Part shown: positions 1-8,585 of the stretch, piece after piece | How the letters are laid out: each line of letters begins with the position of its first letter | Position numbering within the stretch: position 1 is the stretch's first letter | Origin: Deltaproteobacteria bacterium | GTDB taxonomy: Bacteria; Myxococcota_A; UBA9160; G020347605 | Assembly (NCBI GenBank): GCA_020347605.1 | Contig: CP070734.1 | Coordinates: forward strand, 3,382,021-3,416,342 | Direction: 5' to 3' | DNA: 34,322 nt | Made by a program: the position numbers and the translations under genes | Notes under the pieces: model-generated | The model's database searches: none | Seen by the model: the letters and a program-made list of their open reading frames with translations, nothing else | What the model was told of the DNA's origin: nothing

Positions 1-1106
1 AGGCCCAGGCCTGGCAGAAGAAGAAGGCGGCGGCGGGATGGACCTGCATCACGTGGCCGAAGCAGCACGGCGGTCGCGGCGGGACGCCGATCCAACAGGT
101 CATCTGGAATCAGGAAGAGGCGAAGTTCAAGACGCCGCCGAACATCTTCGCGATCGGACTCGGCATGCTCGGGCCGACGATTCTCACGCACGGGACCGAG
201 GATCAGATCGCGCGCTACATCCCGAAGATGGTCGAGGGCTCCGAGATCTGGTGCCAGCTGTTCAGCGAGCCGGGTGCGGGCTCCGACCTGGCGGCGCTGC
301 GCATGTCCGCAACGCGCGACGGCGACGACTGGAGCCTCAACGGCCAGAAGATCTGGACCACCGGCGCCCAGTTCTCCCGCTGGGGCATGATCGTCACGCG
401 CACCGATCCCAACGTCTCGAAGCACGCGGGGCTCACGTACTTCATCGTCGACATGAAGTCGCCCGGCATCGAGATCCGCCCGATCCGTCAGATCAACGGA
501 GGCTCGGGCTTCAACGAGGTGTTCTTCAACGACGTGCGCGTGCCCGACGGGAACCGCGTCGGCGCCGTCGGCGACGGCTGGAAGGTGGCGATCACCACGC
601 TGATGCACGAGCGCGCCTCGATCGGAAGCGGCAGCGGGCGGGGAACCTTCAAGGACCTGCTCCGGCTGGCGCGCGAAACGCAGATCGGGGGACGTCCCGC
701 GCTCGAGGACTCGACGGTGCGGCAGAAGCTCGCCGACTTCTACATCGCGCAACGGGGCCTCCAGTACACGAGCTACCGGACGCTGACCGCGCTCTCGCGG
801 GGGCAGACGCCCGGGCCGGAGGCGTCGATCGGCAAGCTGGTCGGTGCGCCGCTCAATCAGCAGATGGCCAGCTTTGCGTGCGATCTGCAGGGCGCGACGG
901 GTGCGCTCTCGGATCCTGCCGCGGCGCCGCAAGAGGCGGCCTGGCAGGACCAGTTCGTCTCGGCGCCGGGACTGCGGCTGGCGGGCGGCACCGACGAGAT
1001 CCTGCGGAACATCATCGCCGAGCGGGTGCTGCGCCTGCCCCCGGAGCCGCGCCTCGACAAGGACGTGGCGTTCCGGGACGTCCCGACGGGTCCGGCCAAC
1101 GCGTAG
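1..1106 (+). CDS. Acyl-CoA dehydrogenase, 5'-truncated by the window edge
   Basis: Frame is open from position 3 (AQAWQKKKAAAGWTCITWPKQHGGRGG...) into the 165..1106 ORF. ACAD motifs: WCQLFSEPGAGSDLA, NGQKIWTT, FNEVFF, AGGTDEILRNIIAERVL. Confidence 0.95.
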   Translation, partial: AQAWQKKKAAAGWTCITWPKQHGGRGGTPIQQVIWNQEEAKFKTPPNIFAIGLGMLGPTILTHGTEDQIARYIPKMVEGSEIWCQLFSEPGAGSDLAALRMSATRDGDDWSLNGQKIWTTGAQFSRWGMIVTRTDPNVSKHAGLTYFIVDMKSPGIEIRPIRQINGGSGFNEVFFNDVRVPDGNRVGAVGDGWKVAITTLMHERASIGSGSGRGTFKDLLRLARETQIGGRPALEDSTVRQKLADFYIAQRGLQYTSYRTLTALSRGQTPGPEASIGKLVGAPLNQQMASFACDLQGATGALSDPAAAPQEAAWQDQFVSAPGLRLAGGTDEILRNIIAERVLRLPPEPRLDKDVAFRDVPTGPANA

Positions 1107-1128
1107 CGGCCCGCGTCCGGAGGGGTCC

Positions 1129-2541
1129 ATGCCCATCGCGGTCGAGAGCGCGCCGGCGCCGCGCACCGATCCCGCGGCGATTCCGGAGTGCGTGCGCCGC
1201 GTGCGGCACGGCTTCGAGAGCGGGAAGACGCGGCCGATCGCCTGGCGACTCGGACAGCTCGAACGACTTCGCGCACTTCTCGTCGAGAACGGCGACGCGC
1301 TGGTCGAGACCCTGCGCGAGGATCTGGGCAAGCCCGTCCTGGAGGCGTGGGCCGCGGACATCGTCGGCGTCGCGGCGGAAATCAAGGGGTTCCGCAAGAA
1401 GCTCCGGCGCTGGATGCGGCCGGAACGCGTGGCGACGCCGCTCGAGCAGCGCCCGGCCCGGGCCCGAATCGTGCGCGAGCCGCTCGGCGTGGTGCTGATC
1501 ATCGCTCCCTGGAACTATCCGCTGCAGCTCCTCTTCACGCCGATGGTGGCGGCGATCGGGGCCGGAAATGGCGCGGTGCTGAAGCCGTCGGAGGTGACGG
1601 CGCACACCTCGGCGCTGCTCGCGAAGCTCGTGCCGGAGTACCTCGATCCCGACTGCATCGCACTGGTCGAGGGCGGCGTCGCCGAGACGACGGCACTGCT
1701 GGCCGAGCGCTTCGATCACATCTTCTACACGGGCAACGGCTCGGTCGGACGCATCGTCATGGAGGCGGCCGCCCGCCACCTGACGCCCGTCACGCTCGAG
1801 CTCGGTGGCAAGAGCCCGTGCATCGTCGACCGGGACGTGGACGTCGCGGTTGCCGCGCGCCGGATCGCATGGGGCAAGTTCCTGAACGCGGGACAGACCT
1901 GTATCGCGCCCGATTACGTCCTGGTTCACCGGGAACGCGAAGCCGAGCTCGTCGAGACCCTGAAGCAGACCCTGGACGCGTGGTACGGGGAGGCCCCCCG
2001 GGAGAACCCGGACTTCGGACGGATCGTGAACGATCGCCACCACCAGCGCCTGGCGGCCCTGCTGAAGGACGGGGAGGTGGTCGTCGGCGGCGAGTGCGAC
2101 GCATCCGACCGCTACGTGGCGCCGACCCTGCTGCGCAACGTGCGCTTCGATTCGGCACTGATGCGCGAGGAGATCTTCGGACCCATCCTGCCCATTCTCA
2201 CCGTGCGGGACGTGGACGAGGCGATCGACGTCGTGAACCGGGGTCCGAAGCCGCTCGCCCTCTACGTGTTCAGTCGGGATCCGGGGGTGGAGGATGCGGT
2301 CGTCTCCCGGACCAGCTCGGGCGGCGTGTGCGTGAACGCGACGCTCTGGCACCTCGCCAACCCGAACCTGCCGTTCGGTGGCGTCGGCGCCAGCGGCATG
2401 GGCGCCTACCACGGTCGGCACGGCTTCGAGACCTTCAGTCACCGCAAGCCCGTGGTGCGTCGCTCGACGCGCTTCGATCCCCGCTTCGCCTACCCGCCCT
2501 ACAGCCGCTTCAAGGTCTGGCTGCTCAAGCGGATGCTCTGA
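1129..2541 (+). CDS. NAD(P)-dependent aldehyde dehydrogenase, ALDH3/fatty-aldehyde-like
   Basis: Motifs PWNYP, FYTGNGSVG, LELGGKSP (catalytic E), NAGQTCIAPDY (catalytic C), EEIFGP, PFGGVGASG. ATG at 1129 follows GGAGG. Confidence 0.95.
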   Translation: MPIAVESAPAPRTDPAAIPECVRRVRHGFESGKTRPIAWRLGQLERLRALLVENGDALVETLREDLGKPVLEAWAADIVGVAAEIKGFRKKLRRWMRPERVATPLEQRPARARIVREPLGVVLIIAPWNYPLQLLFTPMVAAIGAGNGAVLKPSEVTAHTSALLAKLVPEYLDPDCIALVEGGVAETTALLAERFDHIFYTGNGSVGRIVMEAAARHLTPVTLELGGKSPCIVDRDVDVAVAARRIAWGKFLNAGQTCIAPDYVLVHREREAELVETLKQTLDAWYGEAPRENPDFGRIVNDRHHQRLAALLKDGEVVVGGECDASDRYVAPTLLRNVRFDSALMREEIFGPILPILTVRDVDEAIDVVNRGPKPLALYVFSRDPGVEDAVVSRTSSGGVCVNATLWHLANPNLPFGGVGASGMGAYHGRHGFETFSHRKPVVRRSTRFDPRFAYPPYSRFKVWLLKRML

Positions 2542-2584
2542 GCCCACGGCGCGGACGACTTCGCTCGGCTGCGCCTCGCTGCGC

Positions 2585-2603
2585 GCGCTGCCTGCGGCAG
2601 CGC
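2585..2603. terminator. GC-rich hairpin between convergent genes (terminator or REP-like element)
   Basis: GCGCTGCC-tgc-GGCAGCGC, a perfect 8-bp stem between the stops at 2541 and 2607. No U-tract. Confidence 0.35.
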
Positions 2604-2606
2604 TTG

Positions 2607-2762
2607 CTATTCCCGGGGGCGGATGTCGATCACGGTGCCGCCGTTGCCGCCACGGGACAGCTCGGCGACCGCCTGGCGATAGCCGGCCTGGTAGCCCCGG
2701 TACTTTCCCACCCAGTAGCCGAGTACGAAGCAGATCGCGATCAATGCGAATAGTCCGGGCAT
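2607..2762 (-). CDS. Small single-pass membrane protein, 51 aa
   Basis: MPGLFALIAICFVLGYWVGKYRGYQAGYRQAVAELSRGGNGGTVIDIRPRE. Purine-rich RBS (GGGGAAGAGAG) and a TACCAT -10-like hexamer at 2834-2839. Confidence 0.65.
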   Translation of the reverse strand: MPGLFALIAICFVLGYWVGKYRGYQAGYRQAVAELSRGGNGGTVIDIRPRE

Positions 2763-2863
2763 CTCTCTTCCCCGTGTCTCTCGCCCGAACGCTCGAAGGG
2801 CGCCGCCCCAGGCGAGTCTGCCGCCGGATGCCGATGGTATCGAAAATGGATCGCGCGTCGGGC

Positions 2864-3517
2864 TCAGTCCGCCCACGCGGGCGGCGCCGCGGGCGGTGAT
2901 GGCTCGGAGGCCTCGAGCGCGGCGATCAGCGCCCGGATGCGGTCGAGTCGCCTCGCGTCGAGCTCCACCGATTCGAACGATTCGACGAGGCCCGCGAGGC
3001 GCCGGCCCGTGGTGCGGGCGCCGAGCTTCTGTCCGAGCGTCGCGTCCTCGAAGAAGTCGAGGATCGCGTCGCGCAGCGCACCCGCCTCCACCAGCCCGTA
3101 GGCGCGCCAGGGCACCGCGGCGAGATGCGCCGCGCGAAAGCCCTCCGACATGAACGTCAGCGATCCGATCTCGCGCACCTGCTCGCCGCGAAAGTTGATC
3201 TCGAAGTACGCGATGGCAACCGCATTGAGCGCGTCGTAGTTGCGCCGGTCGACCGGCGTCTGTTCGAGGTCGTCGCGCAAGGGGCCGAGGTTGGGCTCGT
3301 CGTGGCGTGCCGGGTCCAGGATGATCGCGAAGAATTCGGGATACCGGGGCCCCACGTCGTCGAGCACGCGGTCGGTACCGACCACGTCCCAGTATTCGCC
3401 GCTGTCCGTCAGGCGGTACCGCATCGGATCGGGCCGCGCCTCGAACAGCGACGCGCAAGCGGGCACCAGGGCGGCGGCCATCCACACGAGGCGGCGACGG
3501 CCGGGACGAGAGCCCAT
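2864..3517 (-). CDS. Hypothetical lipoprotein, 217 aa
   Basis: GAGGAG RBS; basic N-terminus, hydrophobic stretch and lipobox-like LVPAC; protein-like composition. No family recognised. Confidence 0.75.
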   Translation of the reverse strand: MGSRPGRRRLVWMAAALVPACASLFEARPDPMRYRLTDSGEYWDVVGTDRVLDDVGPRYPEFFAIILDPARHDEPNLGPLRDDLEQTPVDRRNYDALNAVAIAYFEINFRGEQVREIGSLTFMSEGFRAAHLAAVPWRAYGLVEAGALRDAILDFFEDATLGQKLGARTTGRRLAGLVESFESVELDARRLDRIRALIAALEASEPSPPAAPPAWAD

Positions 3518-3702
3518 CGTTCGTCTCCTCTCGCGGTTGCACGCGGCCCGTTCGGCACACGTAGCCCAGCTCGCAGGTCGCTGCCCGGGCCGCGGGACGA
3601 CCGGGCCTTGAGCCGCATCGGCGGCGCGGAATCGGAGCGGGGCGCGGGATCGGCGGACCTCCGTGTCGAGCTACGCCGTCACGCGCGCCTCGTGGACGGG
3701 CG

Positions 3703-4749
3703 TCATCGATCCCTCTCCGCCTGCTTCGCAGGCTCGGCCTCCCGCGGCGCATCCGCGTCGCGGACGTCGGGCGCGACGAACACGCTGCTCTCCGGATGGA
3801 ACGCCATCCAGGCGAACCAGTACCCCTCGATGACCTCCAGCTCGCCCGGAGCCTCGATGGCGAACGCACCGGTGTCGGGGTCGAAGGCGACGCGCACGGG
3901 TCGCCCGGCGAAGCGTTCCGCGACCTGCCCGCCCGACCGCACGACTTCCGCGGCCGGATAGGCGCGACTCTCGCCGGCCGGTACGCGAAGCCCCGCCGTG
4001 GGCATCTTCGGGTGGTAGCGGCGGTCGCGGGGCGCCGGGAACATCAGGCGGTCCGAGCGTTGGTAGTCCTCGTAGGGTGACACGCCGTAGCGACGCCGAT
4101 GCCCCGTGTCGCGCGACAGCACCGTCGTGTCCGGATGCTCCCGGCGCCAGGACCCGAGGCGCGCGATGCGCGACCGCAGCAGCTCGAGCCGGAGTCCCAG
4201 GGCGGGTCCGGTCACCGCTTCTGCGCGGATCTGTGACCAGAGACTCTCGGTTTCGCGATCGAACATCAGTAGATCGGACCGGTAGAGCAGCCCCGAGACT
4301 CCGAAGCGGAGCGCGCGATCTCCGCTGCGACGGTCGAACGCCATCGCCGTGCCGCACAGCGGGCAGTAGGAGACCAGCACGGGTCGGCCGCCCAGCGTGT
4401 CGTTCACCAGCTCGTGCCACTCGAGAATCGCGAGCGGATAGGCGCGTGCGCTTCCATTGGCGACGAGACCCAGCACCCGCGCCTCGTCCGTGAAGGACGA
4501 CCGCGCGGCGGGAACGACGGCCGGATCGTCGAGTGCGGGGATGCCGTCGCGAGGCGGGCCGCCCACCCGGATCTCCTCGGCCGGAATCGCCGCGGGATCG
4601 AGCGCGAATCCGTTCGCGCGCCGTTCGGCCCCGGTCTCTGCGGCCGCGCCGACCAGGCACAGGGACAGCGGGATCACCAGGGCGCTTCGCAGCGGTTTGC
4701 GCACGGCGGGGGGACGGGCGCAGCGCTCCCGTGAGGCGGGCGTCATCAT
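3703..4749 (-). CDS. DUF3179-family secreted protein with a CxxC motif
   Basis: Motifs GGPPRDGIPALD, ARAYP...WHELVND, YCPLCGT, FGVSGLLYRSDLLMFDRETESLWSQ, YWFAWMAFHP; N-terminal signal-like segment. Confidence 0.9.
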   Translation of the reverse strand: MMTPASRERCARPPAVRKPLRSALVIPLSLCLVGAAAETGAERRANGFALDPAAIPAEEIRVGGPPRDGIPALDDPAVVPAARSSFTDEARVLGLVANGSARAYPLAILEWHELVNDTLGGRPVLVSYCPLCGTAMAFDRRSGDRALRFGVSGLLYRSDLLMFDRETESLWSQIRAEAVTGPALGLRLELLRSRIARLGSWRREHPDTTVLSRDTGHRRRYGVSPYEDYQRSDRLMFPAPRDRRYHPKMPTAGLRVPAGESRAYPAAEVVRSGGQVAERFAGRPVRVAFDPDTGAFAIEAPGELEVIEGYWFAWMAFHPESSVFVAPDVRDADAPREAEPAKQAERDR

Positions 4750-4764
4750 GGTCTGTCCCGGGGA

Positions 4765-4790
4765 TACGCCGCCGGCGCGCCGACGGTTAC
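4765..4790 (-). promoter_or_regulatory. ECF sigma (SigF/ECF16-like) promoter for the DUF3179 gene
   Basis: Minus strand reads GTAACC-gtcggcgcgccggcgg(16)-CGTA, ending 15 nt before the ATG at 4749. Confidence 0.75.
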
Positions 4791-4799
4791 GTTCGCTCC

Positions 4800-4825
4800 G
4801 TAACCGCTTGCGGCGCGGGCGCGTA
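4800..4825 (+). promoter_or_regulatory. ECF sigma (SigF/ECF16-like) promoter for the nrsF-like gene
   Basis: GTAACC-gcttgcggcgcgggcg(16)-CGTA; same boxes and spacing as the divergent copy. Confidence 0.75.
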
Positions 4826-4901
4826 TTCCCGCCAGCACGCCCGGGGCCGGACGCATCCGGCGCCGGGCCGGGGCGAGCGCCCGACGCGCGAGGGCCACGC
4901 G

Positions 4902-5588
4902 ATGAAGGGTCGAATCCCGGACACCCGCCGGTTCATCCGAGCCCTGGCGGCCGACCTGCGGCCCGTCCGTCCGATTCCCCGGCTCGGCTCCGTCGCGCTG
5001 GGCGCGTCGCTCGTGTGGCTCGCGGTCGGGCTCGCCGCGCTCGCGGTGCGGGGGCTTCGCCCGCAGCTCTGGGCGGCGCTGACCGAGCACCCCGCGCTCG
5101 GCGCGATCCTGGTCGGGCTGGCGCTGGTCGCCGTCGGTGGCATCGGTGCGGGACTGGCCGCCGGCGTGCCCGGGCGCGACGTCGCGGTCCGGGGCAGTCT
5201 CGTGGCCGGCGCGCTCGGCGTGCTGCTCTCGGTGGGGGTGGGCGGCGTTCTGTCGATGCGCGGCGGCGCGCCCCTGGTTCCCGCGCCAGCCGTATCGGCG
5301 GACGTCTCCTGCCTCGCCGTGGCGCTGCTCCTCTCGCTGCCGCCCGCGCGGGTGGCGCTGTGGTTCGTGGCGCGCTCCGCACCGCATCGCCGGCTGCTCG
5401 CGGGCCTGTTCCTGGCGACCGGCAGCGTGGCCCTGGGCGCCGTCGTGGTGCACCTGAGCTGTGACGGCATTCACCCGCGTCACCTGATTCTGAGTCACGC
5501 GCTCGCGCCCGTCGCCGGCGCGCTGCTCCTGACGCTTCCCTACCGGTCGGCCCTCGCGCGCGGCGCCGATCGCGTCTGGCGCGGCTGA
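4902..5588 (+). CDS. nrsF: NrsF/DUF1109-family membrane anti-sigma factor
   Basis: N-terminal DTRRFIRALAADLRPVR, about 6 TM segments, AGVPG, two Cys (VSCL, HLSC) and HLILSH, all typical of NrsF. Confidence 0.8.
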   Translation: MKGRIPDTRRFIRALAADLRPVRPIPRLGSVALGASLVWLAVGLAALAVRGLRPQLWAALTEHPALGAILVGLALVAVGGIGAGLAAGVPGRDVAVRGSLVAGALGVLLSVGVGGVLSMRGGAPLVPAPAVSADVSCLAVALLLSLPPARVALWFVARSAPHRRLLAGLFLATGSVALGAVVVHLSCDGIHPRHLILSHALAPVAGALLLTLPYRSALARGADRVWRG

Positions 5589-5749
5589 ACACCCCTTCGA
5601 CCCGGTCCGCCTCGCCCGTTTCCGGCAACGATCTCCTACAGTGAGGCGGGCCGGGTCGTCGCTCGCGGGACGCCGCCGCGCGGCCGGCGGCGCACTGGAA
5701 CCGTGGCCGCAAGCGTGTTTCACTGGCTCACGGCGCAAGGAGGGTACGC

Positions 5750-7150
5750 ATGCGCGCGGACGCGCTGCACTGGACGTCGCTGATGGAGCTCGCGGAGCGG
5801 ATCCGAACGCGTTCGCTCTCGCCCGTCGAGGCGACGACCGCCACGCTCGAGCGCATCGATGCGCTCGACGCCGCACTGCATAGCTACATCACGGTCCTCC
5901 GCGAGCGCGCCCTCGAGCAGGCCAAGCAGGCGGAGCGCGAGATCTCGGACGGGCGCTACCGCGGACCGCTGCACGGCGTCCCCGTCGCGGTCAAGGACCT
6001 GTGCTTCACGCGCGGCGTCCGAACCACCTGCGCGTCGAAGATCCTCGCGGATTTCGTGCCGGACTACGACGCCGCGGTGGTCGAACGGCTCTCACGCGCC
6101 GGCGCCGTCGTGCTGGGCAAGCTCAACATGACGGAGTTCGCGTTGTCCGGATATCACCCGGATCGCCCCGCGCCCGTCAATCCCTGGGCTGCCGACCGCT
6201 GGCCCGGCGTCTCGTCGAGCGGCTCCGGGGTCGCCACCGCCGCAGGACTCTGCTTCGGCTCGATCGGGACGGACACCGGAGGATCGATCCGCTTCCCGTC
6301 GGCCGCCTGCGGCGTCGTCGGCCTCAAGCCGACCTATGGTCGTGTGAGCCGCTACGGTGTCTTTCCGCTCGCCGAGTCGCTCGATCACGTGGGCCCGATC
6401 GCGCGGCGCTCCGCCGACGCCGCCGCCATGCTCGCCGCGATCGCCGGCCACGACGCGCGCGACCCCACGTCGCTTCGCGAGACCGTGCCCGACTACCTGG
6501 CGTCGATCGATGCGGGCGTGCGCGGTGTGCGCATCGGCGTCGACGAACGGTACTGCCGGGAGGAGGTCGATCCGGAGCTGGCGGAGGCGGTGCTCGGCGC
6601 GGCGCGCGCGCTGGCGGGGCAGGGCGCCGAGCTGCGCGAGGTCGAGTTCCCCGACGTCGGCGAAATCGCGCGGTGGTGGTTCGCGATCTGCTCGGCCGAG
6701 GCCGCCTGGGCGCACGAGGGGACCTATCCGTCGCGCGCCGACGACTACGGTCCCGACTTCCGGCGCCTGTTGGAGCAGGGCGCGCGCGTGCGCGGCGCCG
6801 ACTACGCGCGCGCACACGCGGCGCGCGAGGCCTTTCGCGGCCGGCTGCGCGCGCTCTTCGAAGACGTCGACCTCATCGCGTGTCCCTCGATGCCGGCTCC
6901 ACCCCCGCGACTCGCGGAGCTCGGCCTCGAGACCGCGTCGCAGGTCTCGGCCCGGCCGCTGCTCCGCTTCACCGCGCCCTTCGACTTCAGCGGGAGCCCC
7001 ACCCTCTCGCTGCCCTGCGGCCTGTCCCGCGAAGGACTCCCGCTGAGCGTGCAGCTCGTCGGACGCCACCTGAGCGAGGATCTCCTGTGCCGTGCGGGGC
7101 ACGCGTACGAGCAGGCGAGCGACGCGCACGCGCGGACCCCGCCGGTCTGA
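5750..7150 (+). CDS. Amidase-signature family amidase
   Basis: GPLHGVPVAVKDL (Lys), GVSSSGS, GTDTGGSIRFPS (Ser). AAGGAGG RBS. No gatB/gatC nearby. Confidence 0.93.
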   Translation: MRADALHWTSLMELAERIRTRSLSPVEATTATLERIDALDAALHSYITVLRERALEQAKQAEREISDGRYRGPLHGVPVAVKDLCFTRGVRTTCASKILADFVPDYDAAVVERLSRAGAVVLGKLNMTEFALSGYHPDRPAPVNPWAADRWPGVSSSGSGVATAAGLCFGSIGTDTGGSIRFPSAACGVVGLKPTYGRVSRYGVFPLAESLDHVGPIARRSADAAAMLAAIAGHDARDPTSLRETVPDYLASIDAGVRGVRIGVDERYCREEVDPELAEAVLGAARALAGQGAELREVEFPDVGEIARWWFAICSAEAAWAHEGTYPSRADDYGPDFRRLLEQGARVRGADYARAHAAREAFRGRLRALFEDVDLIACPSMPAPPPRLAELGLETASQVSARPLLRFTAPFDFSGSPTLSLPCGLSREGLPLSVQLVGRHLSEDLLCRAGHAYEQASDAHARTPPV

Positions 7151-7157
7151 CGCGGCT

Positions 7158-8051
7158 TCAGACCGGGATGCCCGCCTGGCGCGCGCGCTCCAGGGTGTTC
7201 CGGGCGCGCTCGAGGTGGGGCGCGTCGACCATCTGGCCGCGAAACGCGAAGGCCATGCGGCCCGCCCGGCGGTTCTCCTCGAACGCCTCGAGCAGCTCGC
7301 GGCTCTCCGCGACTTCCTCCGCGGACGGCGTGAATGCCTCGTTCACCACGTCGATCTGGCTCGGGTGGATGGTCAGCTTTCCCGTGAAGCCCATCCGGGC
7401 GGCCTCGCTGCACTCCCGCTTGAGCCCCTCGAGGTTGCGGATGTCGACGTAGACCGTGTCGAGGGCCTGCACGCCCGCGGCGGCCGCGCTGAGCAGGGTC
7501 ATGATGCGGCAATAGCGGAAGACGTCGAGAAAGCCGCCGCGCTCGTCGCGGTTGCGGCGGGCTCCGATGGCGGCCGACAGGTCCTCTGCGCCCCAGGTGA
7601 GCGCGTCGACGCGGGGGCAGGCGGGCAGGTCCCGCAGGTTCAATACACCCTCCGGTGTCTCCGTGCCGAGCACCAACAGCGCGACCTCCCCGCGCGGGTG
7701 GCCGTGGCGCGCCTCGAGCCCGGTCAGCAACCGGTCGAGCTCGAGCAGGTCGTCGCGGCTTCTCACCTTGGGCACGAGGTAGGCATCCGGTGGAGCCGCC
7801 ATGGTCGCCTCGAGGTCGCGCGCGCCCCACGGTGAGTCCAGGGGGTTCATGCGCACCACGCGTTCCCGACGGCCGAAGTCCGCGTCGCGCAGCCAGCCGG
7901 TCACGGCCTCCCGCGCCGACTCCTTGCGCTCCGGCACAACCGCATCCTCGAGGTCCAACACCAGCGAATCCGCCTCGAGGTCGAGGGACTTCGCGAGCAT
8001 CTTCTCGTTCCCGCCCGGCACGAAATGGACGGCGCGCCGCAGTCGAGGCAT
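7158..8051 (-). CDS. citE: CitE-like CoA-ester lyase (HpcH/HpaI family)
   Basis: FVPG, LDLEDAV, VVRMN, ETPEG, GAEDL, GFTGKLTIHPSQI, GQMVDAPH. Confidence 0.9.
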   Translation of the reverse strand: MPRLRRAVHFVPGGNEKMLAKSLDLEADSLVLDLEDAVVPERKESAREAVTGWLRDADFGRRERVVRMNPLDSPWGARDLEATMAAPPDAYLVPKVRSRDDLLELDRLLTGLEARHGHPRGEVALLVLGTETPEGVLNLRDLPACPRVDALTWGAEDLSAAIGARRNRDERGGFLDVFRYCRIMTLLSAAAAGVQALDTVYVDIRNLEGLKRECSEAARMGFTGKLTIHPSQIDVVNEAFTPSAEEVAESRELLEAFEENRRAGRMAFAFRGQMVDAPHLERARNTLERARQAGIPV

Positions 8052-8066
8052 GCGCAGCTCCCCGCT

Positions 8067-8528
8067 TCAGGCGGCGTCCGGCGGGTGGCTCAGCAGCATC
8101 GCCGCGCGCGTGCAGCGGCACACCACCTGGCCCCGCTGGTTCAGTCCGCGGTGCTCGAAGGTGACGATCCCCCACTCCGGTCGCGACCGCGACTCCCGCT
8201 TCGCCTTCACTTCGGTGACCGCCCGAATCGTGTCGCCGATGAAGACGGGTTTGGGGAACTCGACCTTCTCGAAGCCGAGATTGCCGACCGTCGTGCCGAG
8301 CGTCGTCTCGCCGACGGACAGGCCCACCACCAGCCCGAGCGTGAAGATGCTGTTCACGAGGCGCTTCCCGAACTCGGTCTCACTGGCGAACTCGGCGTCG
8401 AGATGGAGCGGCTGGGGATTCATCGTCAGCGCCGTGAACAGGAGGTTGTCGGTCTCGGTCACGGTTCGCGCGGGTTGGTGCTCGAAGATCTCGCCGATCT
8501 CGAGCTCTTCGAAATAACGTCCGGCCAT
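8067..8528 (-). CDS. MaoC-family (R)-hydratase/dehydratase
   Basis: YFEE...[48 protein letters not shown]. Confidence 0.92.
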   Translation of the reverse strand: MAGRYFEELEIGEIFEHQPARTVTETDNLLFTALTMNPQPLHLDAEFASETEFGKRLVNSIFTLGLVVGLSVGETTLGTTVGNLGFEKVEFPKPVFIGDTIRAVTEVKAKRESRSRPEWGIVTFEHRGLNQRGQVVCRCTRAAMLLSHPPDAA

Positions 8529-8585
8529 GGTGGACTCCTCGAGTCAGCCGGCCCGCCGGCCGGCGCGGCGCTGCCCGGTCCGCAC

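Noticed and set aside
3703-4749. Selenocysteine in DUF3179
   Set aside because: The motif is plain CPLC and there is no in-frame TGA.
5750-7150. gatA assignment
   Set aside because: No gatC/gatB nearby, and EFALSGYHP/WPGVSS differ from GatA motifs.
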